A DNA stretch of 64,000 bases. Origin: Ignavibacteria bacterium. Lineage in GTDB: Bacteria; Bacteroidota; Ignavibacteria; Tepidaquicellales; OLB5. Below the pieces are notes generated by a model. It made no database searches. It saw only the letters and a program-made list of their open reading frames with translations, and was not told the origin of the DNA. The stretch is from assembly GCA_030835085.1 (NCBI GenBank), contig JAUQWQ010000158.1, forward strand, positions 70,892 to 134,891. Reading direction: 5' to 3'. Of the stretch, positions 52,965 through 60,375 are shown piece after piece. A program made the translations under genes and the position numbers. Numbering within the stretch: position 1 is the stretch's first letter; each line of letters opens with the position of its first letter.

Positions 52965-53456
52965 TTAAAATTTTAGATTAACCAATAACGCGAATAAATA
53001 TAATCCAGCGCCAAATGCGGCGTGATTCATAAGGCTGCGGAGCCTTGCCTGGTTGGGGTTAGGAGTCTTTGATGCCGCAAATCCAAATCCAAATGCCGGC
53101 TGCATAATGAACAATGGAGCAATTACTGATGCAATCCCGAAAACAACCGCCGGAAGAATTGTCGGATCAAGAAGCCAGCTCTTACCCATTATTAGAATGA
53201 AAATGGCAGCAAGCGAAATACCAATCATATAATGAGTAATCCAGCCAGCAATACACTCTCCTCTTTTGGGAGTTACTTTAGTGATATTTGCATGTTTGAA
53301 GATCCCCTGAGACATATAAAGTACCCATCGCCCTACTATGCATATATTTGACGGGGTTATCCTGAAGGTAAGCTTCAGAAGCTGAGCCCAAAGATCAAAA
53401 GTGAGTGTTGCTCCAACGCCAATTATAGCAATCTTTACAATTAATAAGTTAATCAT
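52965..53456 (-). CDS. DUF2938-like membrane protein
   Basis: GVGATLTFDLW, VGRW, GWITHYMIG, MQPAFGFGFAASKTPNP. Confidence 0.8.
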   Translation of the reverse strand: MINLLIVKIAIIGVGATLTFDLWAQLLKLTFRITPSNICIVGRWVLYMSQGIFKHANITKVTPKRGECIAGWITHYMIGISLAAIFILIMGKSWLLDPTILPAVVFGIASVIAPLFIMQPAFGFGFAASKTPNPNQARLRSLMNHAAFGAGLYLFALLVNLKF

Positions 53457-53817
53457 TGCTTCGAATTATCTTCTCCATTTTCCTGCCTTTGGCAAGTTCA
53501 TCTACAAGTTTATCCAGGTAACGGGCTTTCTGAGTCAAAGGATTTTCGATATCCTCTACACGGTAACCGCAAATTGTTCCGGTGATGAGGTGCGCATTCT
53601 TATTCAGTTTTGCCCTTTTGAAAAATTCCTCAAAAGTGACTTTATCTTTTATCAACTCCTGCAGCTTTTTATTATCAAAGCCTGTGAGCCATTGTATGAC
53701 CTCGTGCAGTTCTTTTTTTGTTCTACCCTTGCTTTCAACCTTTGTAACATAGTGGGGATACACGGAGGCAAAGCTCATTTTTGCGATACGCTCATCATGA
53801 TTTGCAGTTGTCTTCAT
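53449..53817 (-). CDS. DUF2200-like protein
   Basis: MSFASVYPHYVTKVESKGRT, ITGTICGYRVEDIE, RYLDKLVDELAKG. Confidence 0.85.
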   Translation of the reverse strand: MKTTANHDERIAKMSFASVYPHYVTKVESKGRTKKELHEVIQWLTGFDNKKLQELIKDKVTFEEFFKRAKLNKNAHLITGTICGYRVEDIENPLTQKARYLDKLVDELAKGRKMEKIIRSND

Positions 53818-54026
53818 GCTTTATTTGGTGTTTAAATTATAATTTTTCAAAATTTACTCAATGCGCAAGTTTTTTTCAATGTATCAAAAATTAACCTGAG
53901 AGTATTTAGAAACATATAGGGTAATATAGATATATATTGAAGTTAATTTTACCGGAAATTTGCCTGATTATTAAGCCATTTTACTCTTATACTTGCATTA
54001 ATAATTTAAATATTAAGGAGTTTTAT

Positions 54027-54731
54027 ATGGATCTTAAAAACGCAAAAGTGCTTGTCACAGGTGGAAGTATGGGAATAGGCTATGCAGCTGCAAAAACATT
54101 GATTGATGCCGGCGCGAAAGTTGTAATTTGCGGCAGAGATACAAAAAGACTGGAAGCCTCAGCTAAAGAACTTGGAGCAATTCCGGTTTTAGCCGACGTT
54201 GCAATAGAAAGCGATGTAATTTCGCTTATAGCAAAAACCATTGAAGCGATGGATGGATACAATGTGCTGATAAATAACGCAGCTTACGGATATTTCAGCC
54301 CGCTAACAGGTATTGATACAGCAAAGTTTAACGATGTATTAATGACAAATATTACAGGTGCTATGATGTGCGGAAGAGAATCAGCCAAATATTTCACAGA
54401 AAAAAGCTATGGCAATATAGTAAATATCGCATCAAGTGCAGGTACGGGCGGATTCGCAAACGGCTCACCTTACTGCGCAACTAAATTCGCTCTAAGGGGC
54501 ATGAACGAATGCTGGCGCGCGGAACTAAGAAAACATAACATAAGGGTGATGCTGGTTAATCCAAGTGAAGTACAGACTAACTTCGGCATAAATGCCGGCG
54601 GCAAGCCTCGTGATTTCAATCCGACCAAGCTCGAAGGCGCACAGATCGCGCATTTAATTAAATCTATGCTTGAAATGGATGATAAGGGTTTTATTCCCGA
54701 AGCCGGTGTTTGGGCAACAAACCCGCAATAG
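54027..54731 (+). CDS. Short-chain dehydrogenase/reductase
   Basis: TGGSMGIG, NNAA, YCATK; start MDLKNAK after an AAGGAG SD. Confidence 0.92.
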   Translation: MDLKNAKVLVTGGSMGIGYAAAKTLIDAGAKVVICGRDTKRLEASAKELGAIPVLADVAIESDVISLIAKTIEAMDGYNVLINNAAYGYFSPLTGIDTAKFNDVLMTNITGAMMCGRESAKYFTEKSYGNIVNIASSAGTGGFANGSPYCATKFALRGMNECWRAELRKHNIRVMLVNPSEVQTNFGINAGGKPRDFNPTKLEGAQIAHLIKSMLEMDDKGFIPEAGVWATNPQ

Positions 54732-54793
54732 CAAGGTAAATTCTTAAAATTTAAGAATTATTTTTTGATGGATAACTAATAAACAACAAATAT

Positions 54794-56266
54794 CTATTTT
54801 CCTAAACATGATGTAACTTTAGATAACAACCAATCTTTATAAGAGATTTGATTTTCTGATTCAATTCTACGTCTCAAATATTCAATTTCATTTTTATTAT
54901 TTTCAATTTTTAAGATTATGAATTTCTCGAAATATTTTAAATAATTACCGATACGGATTTTCCTATGTTCTGATACCAGGGTATTGTTCCTTAAAAATTC
55001 CTTAAAACTTTTAATTTCACAAATAGCTTCTTCATAGTAATTTAGTTCATAATACATTTTTATAACTATATTTTTAATATCGTATTTATATACAAAATTA
55101 TTCATGATGATCTTATTGTAATGATGAAGCGCTTTCGGGTAGTTACCAGTGTGACTATAGAAGTATGTATAGCTAAAATTCAGTAAATTTTCCTTGTTTG
55201 TTGGATTTACATCTTTAATATGTTTATTAATAAAATTTAGAGTCCAGTCATATTCTTTCAGAAAAAGGCCGTGAATCATTATATCTCTATACAAATCATC
55301 CGACAAGTATTTATTTTTTCTGTCTTTATAATATTTATTGTTCAATAAAACAGTGTATAGTCTGAACAACTCATAATTAATACTTTTGGGAGTGTTAGCC
55401 GACCTTTTTCTTAAGATACAATAATTGATCATCCAGTTATAATGGAATGCTATTTCATCTGGACTAAATGATTTTACATTTTTCTCAAAAAATTCCTTAT
55501 ATCGGAAATAATAATCTTCTTTTTCTAAAAAATTAAATGTTTGAATAAGAAATTTGTATAAGGTGATAATTATTGACCCATGTTCGCTTTTATAAACTTT
55601 CAATAAATTATCAAGATCCAGGTTTTTAATTAAGGTATTAATAGGGTTGAATGAACTGGTTATATTATATTTTTCAGCAAAAATTCTGGAATTGAGATAT
55701 AGGGAAATTATTTCAGAAATATAGAAATTTAATAGATCAAAACTAATTGATTTTATTTGATTTAATCTATCAATCGCATCTTTAGAATGTAAAATATTCT
55801 TTTGTTTATGTGCAAAATTAAAGAGTAACGTATTATGCCAATACTTATTATAAAGGTTTCTTGCATCTATAGTTGAATCTGTTATTAAATTCTTTCTTAC
55901 TCTATTACGGATTAATTTATCTGACTTTCGATGGAGCAAATCATCTAAAAGAAAATTTTCTACTTCAAACTCATTTTTTTCAAAATTACTAATTGATAGA
56001 AACCTTAATGCTAATTTTAGCAGTTCAGAAAGAGCATCTCTAAAAGTAGAATCATTATACCTACCACTTTGAGTGCTTCTGGTTGCTATAATTTTTTTAT
56101 TGAAATCCTTATGGTCAAATTCAGGATAATAAGCAACAATTTCGCTAAAAAGTTTCAGCATTTTTTCGCTGTTATTAAAATAGGGAGATTTAAGAAATCG
56201 TTCAAATTTCTTTATTTCATCATTTGAAAATGATTTGAATAAGTCAATAAGGTTGTGGTTCAGCAT
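54794..56266 (-). CDS. 490-aa helical hypothetical protein, putative HTH-plus-TPR-like regulator
   Basis: N-terminal LIDLFKSFS..EIKKFERFLKSPYFN; possible winged-helix segment; TPR-like C-terminal helices (YFYSHTGNYPKALHHY, MYYELNYYEEA); no signal peptide. Confidence 0.65.
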   Translation of the reverse strand: MLNHNLIDLFKSFSNDEIKKFERFLKSPYFNNSEKMLKLFSEIVAYYPEFDHKDFNKKIIATRSTQSGRYNDSTFRDALSELLKLALRFLSISNFEKNEFEVENFLLDDLLHRKSDKLIRNRVRKNLITDSTIDARNLYNKYWHNTLLFNFAHKQKNILHSKDAIDRLNQIKSISFDLLNFYISEIISLYLNSRIFAEKYNITSSFNPINTLIKNLDLDNLLKVYKSEHGSIIITLYKFLIQTFNFLEKEDYYFRYKEFFEKNVKSFSPDEIAFHYNWMINYCILRKRSANTPKSINYELFRLYTVLLNNKYYKDRKNKYLSDDLYRDIMIHGLFLKEYDWTLNFINKHIKDVNPTNKENLLNFSYTYFYSHTGNYPKALHHYNKIIMNNFVYKYDIKNIVIKMYYELNYYEEAICEIKSFKEFLRNNTLVSEHRKIRIGNYLKYFEKFIILKIENNKNEIEYLRRRIESENQISYKDWLLSKVTSCLGK

Positions 56267-56344
56267 ACAATATTTTCAATTCTCCGTCAAATTTATCAGC
56301 AATTAATGTCAAATATATAGATTATAGTACAAAAAAGCAAAATA

Positions 56345-56376
56345 TTACAGTAGTAATTTCAGTTACTATTTAGTAA
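56345..56376. promoter_or_regulatory. Candidate operator in the divergent promoter
   Basis: Alternating half-sites TTACAG / TAGTAA / TTACTA / TAGTAA. Confidence 0.4.
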
Positions 56377-56465
56377 TAACCGTCAATCAGAAAAAACTTT
56401 GTTTTACTTTTTTTACAATAGCAATTATGTTATAATTAACAAACCTAAGGAGAAATAATCTTAAT

Positions 56466-56675
56466 ATGAAAAGAATACTAATTTATTCATTTGTAGCTGC
56501 TATTTTCTTTTTGATCAGCCCTTTTGGAGTATTTTCAAATACTCAATTAAAATCACAATATTCTTCAACTTTTTCAACTGATTATACAGTACGAGTTAAT
56601 ATCGATGGGAAATGGTATTTAGTAACGTATAACAGTGATGGTTACATCATAAACATGATAGAAGATGACGAATAA
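56466..56675 (+). CDS. Small secreted protein
   Basis: AAGGAG SD; signal peptide MKRILIYSFVAAIFFLISPFGVFS; beta-rich C-terminus. Confidence 0.75.
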   Translation: MKRILIYSFVAAIFFLISPFGVFSNTQLKSQYSSTFSTDYTVRVNIDGKWYLVTYNSDGYIINMIEDDE

Positions 56676-56737
56676 TATCATATCTGCAGATATGCAAACA
56701 AATTAATTCATAAACTAAACAAACAAGGAGCAGAGTT

Positions 56738-56932
56738 ATGCCAAAAAAACTGAAATTAAAACTCGAGGACCTGAAAATCCAAAGTTTTGTTACTCTTTTA
56801 ACAGAAGACGAAAAAAAGAAATTTAAAGGCGGGGGTTCTGTGGATTGCGACTCAACTCACTATCCATGTTGCCATACTACTTTTGAACCAACTTGTCGGC
56901 CATCATATTGTTCAGGGGAAGTTTGTTGTTAA
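56738..56932 (+). CDS. lanA: Lanthipeptide precursor 1, pinensin-like leader
   Basis: AAGGAG SD; leader KLKLEDLKIQSFVT...KGG; core GSVDCDSTHYPCCHTTFEPTCRPSYCSGEVCC (7 Cys, 8 Ser/Thr). Confidence 0.9.
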   Translation: MPKKLKLKLEDLKIQSFVTLLTEDEKKKFKGGGSVDCDSTHYPCCHTTFEPTCRPSYCSGEVCC

Positions 56933-56941
56933 AATTACAAA

Positions 56942-56977
56942 GAATGTACCTTGAATTGCAGAATTCAGGGTACATTC
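56942..56977 (+). terminator. Stem-loop after precursor 1
   Basis: GAATGTACCTTGAATT-GCAG-AATTCAGGGTACATTC. Confidence 0.7.
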
Positions 56978-57015
56978 AATTTTAATTCAAATAGTATTCT
57001 AAAAGGAACTTAGTT

Positions 57016-57213
57016 ATGCCAAAAAAACTGAAACTAAAACTCGAGGATCTGAAGATCCAAAGTTTTGTAACTCTTTTAACAGAAGACGAAAAAAAGCAAT
57101 TTAAAGGCGGTGGTACTGTGGATTGTGCTCCAACATACCAACTACCTTGTCACTCAGCAACATGTCAAATGACATGTCCAAATTCTTATTGTTCAGGTTT
57201 TGAATGCTGTTGA
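57016..57213 (+). CDS. lanA: Lanthipeptide precursor 2, pinensin-like leader
   Basis: Leader 31/32 identical to precursor 1; core GTVDCAPTYQLPCHSATCQMTCPNSYCSGFECC (7 Cys, 7 Ser/Thr). Confidence 0.9.
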   Translation: MPKKLKLKLEDLKIQSFVTLLTEDEKKQFKGGGTVDCAPTYQLPCHSATCQMTCPNSYCSGFECC

Positions 57214-57225
57214 TTAATAATTTAA

Positions 57226-57252
57226 TCCCTTGAATTGCAGAAATTCAAGGGA
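57226..57252. terminator. Stem-loop after precursor 2, between convergent operons
   Basis: TCCCTTGAATT-GCAGA-AATTCAAGGGA, homologous to 56942-56977. Confidence 0.7.
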
Positions 57253-57313
57253 CTAAAATTAAAATGCCATCCAAGCAAATAATTATGGATATTAAATTTA
57301 ATAAAATCAAATT

Positions 57314-59311
57314 TCACACTAAGTAACAAGAACCTGCTAATTCCTTTATTTGAATTAATAATATTTTTTCTGCTTCCTCTTTTTCCTTTATTGAATTTAC
57401 ATCAAAACAAATTAACAATTCTTTTATTACTTTATTAACTGTTTTTTCTGTCTGAAAACTATTCAATATTATATTTACAAGTTGGGATATTTTTTTTATG
57501 ATTGTCTTATTAGCATTTTGTTTCAATACAAAATAAATTTCTCCGGCAGGGGTATTCATCATGTTAAATAATGTTTCGTTATTATTGCTCCAATCCCACT
57601 TTGAATTAAGTATATAAATAGAATTATTTAACTTCAAACTTTGCTTTAAAAATACAGGATCATCAAATTTTAAAAACTTTTTGGCATTTTCGTTTTCAAT
57701 GATCCTTTTTATATCAAGATATGCAAAACTCATTATAGAATGATCAAACTGAATATACTTTGTTTCATATTTAAACAGATCCGATAATCTTTCCGAAATA
57801 TCCTTATTTTGAATACACTTCTTATATTTTGAATAAAAAACGTTAAAGTTTTTTGTATAATCGGGACTTACTCCAAATTCATCAAATTTAATCGGTTTTT
57901 GGAATGTTTGGAATAGATAGGAAATTGTTTTTGGATAAAGTTTTTTGTAAAGTATTTCAGAAATTTCATTAATATTAATGTTTATATGTTTATATTTTTT
58001 TGAAAGAGTTTCACGTTTTGTTTTACTATCCAGCTTTGGCATTAACATTGAAGAAATTTTTTTTGGGGAAAGCAGCCTTGTAAAAAAATGACCAATTCCG
58101 CTCATTCCCATTAGCATACTTTTATCATCCACATTCTGATCGATGAACACCCCATACCCTGATTTATAATATCCTATTTGTTGCTTCTGAATTAACACCT
58201 TTTCACCAACAATTTCTGCATACTTTAAATATTTCTTCTCATTTAATTCAAGAAAAGTTTCAAGAAAAAGATCTGCATTGCCGGTACTACCATGGCAGTA
58301 TATCAATAGGTTACTATGATTATCAGCAACATCAGTATCATAAGTAGTTTTTATAGCTGATAGAAGATTCTTGAAATACTGGATTTTCCTGATTATCTTA
58401 AATGCTCTCATACGCGCCAAACCAATTCCTGCAGCTCCGTGACACCAGGCATTCATAAATCTCTTTTCAGTGAAGTAAGATATATTGTCATTCAAGAAGT
58501 GCTTTTTTTGTTCATTAAAATGCACTGCTTCTGTTTTATGCCTTCTGAGATCAACCCAATTTCCTTTAACTTTATCAAAATGCTGGTCTTCATAATAAAA
58601 TGCCAGTTCGGCAAGATGATAAAATGCTCTATTTCCAAAATATTTACCAAGTTCCATAAAAACGAAAGCTATTCCGGAAGCCCCGTGAGAAAAACCGCAT
58701 AATCCTGCAACAAAATCAGGTAATCTATCCCAATATATTCCACCTTTGGGACCAATATTAATATTATTGATTAAAATTCCAGTTAAACGGTCAATTTCAT
58801 GTAATAGCCACTTCTTTTTTGTACATGAATGCAAATGTAATAAACTAAGTATTGTTCCGCTGATTCCCCCGATCAGGTCATTAAGTCCATCCGGTGGATT
58901 ATATGTTCTGATTCCTTCTGCAATATTCAACGCTTCGTTCAAATACTTTTTATCTTTTGTTGCTTTGTAAAAACGGATAGCTGCAAATATTACACTTGCC
59001 CTGCCGGTGTATAATCCGTAATTTATGCTATTGTTATTTCTGCAATACTCAAATACCCAAAACATTGCTTTTTCAGAATATTTTAAATATTCTTCTTTCA
59101 ATGATATTTTATATAGATCCAATAAAAATATTGCAATTCCCGAAACTCCATTATAAACAGTCTCCGAAATCAGGGGCTTTACCGTAAAGTTTTCACCTGA
59201 GGTAACGGTTTTCCAATAAATTCCATTCGTGTCTTTCTCTGCTGTTTCAATCAGGTGATTTCCTATTGATATAACTTCATCAAATATTTTTTTTCTTAAC
59301 TTAGCATCCAT
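57314..59311 (-). CDS. lanC: Lanthionine cyclase LanC with C-terminal extension
   Basis: YNGVSGI, LYTG, DLIGGISG, GFSHGASG, AWCHGAAG, YCHGSTG, MLMGMSGIG; about 235 extra C-terminal residues. Confidence 0.9.
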   Translation of the reverse strand: MDAKLRKKIFDEVISIGNHLIETAEKDTNGIYWKTVTSGENFTVKPLISETVYNGVSGIAIFLLDLYKISLKEEYLKYSEKAMFWVFEYCRNNNSINYGLYTGRASVIFAAIRFYKATKDKKYLNEALNIAEGIRTYNPPDGLNDLIGGISGTILSLLHLHSCTKKKWLLHEIDRLTGILINNINIGPKGGIYWDRLPDFVAGLCGFSHGASGIAFVFMELGKYFGNRAFYHLAELAFYYEDQHFDKVKGNWVDLRRHKTEAVHFNEQKKHFLNDNISYFTEKRFMNAWCHGAAGIGLARMRAFKIIRKIQYFKNLLSAIKTTYDTDVADNHSNLLIYCHGSTGNADLFLETFLELNEKKYLKYAEIVGEKVLIQKQQIGYYKSGYGVFIDQNVDDKSMLMGMSGIGHFFTRLLSPKKISSMLMPKLDSKTKRETLSKKYKHINININEISEILYKKLYPKTISYLFQTFQKPIKFDEFGVSPDYTKNFNVFYSKYKKCIQNKDISERLSDLFKYETKYIQFDHSIMSFAYLDIKRIIENENAKKFLKFDDPVFLKQSLKLNNSIYILNSKWDWSNNNETLFNMMNTPAGEIYFVLKQNANKTIIKKISQLVNIILNSFQTEKTVNKVIKELLICFDVNSIKEKEEAEKILLIQIKELAGSCYLV

Positions 59312-59343
59312 AATGAATTAGTGTTTAATTTCGTTTTCCTGAA

Positions 59344-60375
59344 TTATTTTATGTATTTTTTGATTAAGAATGCAATGTATGATTCGTTGTGATTTAAAAC
59401 ACCCAATCTATTGTTGGTCATATGAATATGGCTTTTCAGGATATAGCCTATTTTATATTTTTCATCAGAAAGAGGTCCATTATATTTATGTCTTAATTCG
59501 GGAATAATAATATTTTCATCAATATTAACTTTATATCTATTATGGATTTTGTTTAATCCATTTATCCACATATTCAGCCAATCTTCTTCATATTTGAAAT
59601 TCATTTCAAGACTTGACCAGAATTCTTCAATAAATGGTTTTAAAATAGGTTCTACTTTTTCCGATTGTATTTCAAATAAACTAATGATGTAAGCATTTAA
59701 ACTGTCATCATTCATATCATTGTAATTTTCTCTATCTGTACTCTTTAAGGGTTGTTTAATAGAAGGAATCCAATCATTCATGATAATACTCATAAATTCC
59801 GAAACATCAGTCTTATCAAATCCAAAGCAATTCAGAACAGCCAGATGTAATTGAACTGCAAACGCAATAGAACTATCATCCCAATCACCTAATTTGTTCT
59901 CAAATCGGCTCAATAAACTCAATACTACTTCTGAAGAAAGTTCAAACTGTTCTTCTGCAATTAGGATACCTTTATCACCTCCGTATCTTTCTATTTCAGG
60001 TAAGTATTCGAAATAATAAACTTTATTAGTTTCTAAAGAATCCGCTGAAATACGGGAACTTTCTGATACAGCATTATTCTTTGATAAGATTATTGGATTT
60101 CTTTTGAAAAAGTCTGCTGAATATTCTTCAATAACATTTTTCACTTCATTTTCCAAAATGTCGGGCTTTCCCAGAAACCTTAACCTGATGTGTTGTCCTT
60201 TTTCCCAATACCTGATAAAAAAATAGTTTGTTGCTAAATGGTCTTTTAATACATGATCTCTGATTTTCTTTACAACTTCAAGAATAAACTGGTTAACATT
60301 TCCTTGAAAGTAAATATGTGCTGCAAGCCAGCTTGATTTTTTTTGTTTCACTATTGTTATGTTTGAGATTTCCAT
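59344..60375 (-). CDS. Stand-alone LanB glutamate-elimination domain (thiopeptide-type dehydratase C-terminal domain)
   Basis: WLAAHIY, FFIRYWEKGQHIRLR, YLPEIERYGG, EEQFELSS, HIHMTNNRLG. Confidence 0.9.
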   Translation of the reverse strand: MEISNITIVKQKKSSWLAAHIYFQGNVNQFILEVVKKIRDHVLKDHLATNYFFIRYWEKGQHIRLRFLGKPDILENEVKNVIEEYSADFFKRNPIILSKNNAVSESSRISADSLETNKVYYFEYLPEIERYGGDKGILIAEEQFELSSEVVLSLLSRFENKLGDWDDSSIAFAVQLHLAVLNCFGFDKTDVSEFMSIIMNDWIPSIKQPLKSTDRENYNDMNDDSLNAYIISLFEIQSEKVEPILKPFIEEFWSSLEMNFKYEEDWLNMWINGLNKIHNRYKVNIDENIIIPELRHKYNGPLSDEKYKIGYILKSHIHMTNNRLGVLNHNESYIAFLIKKYIK

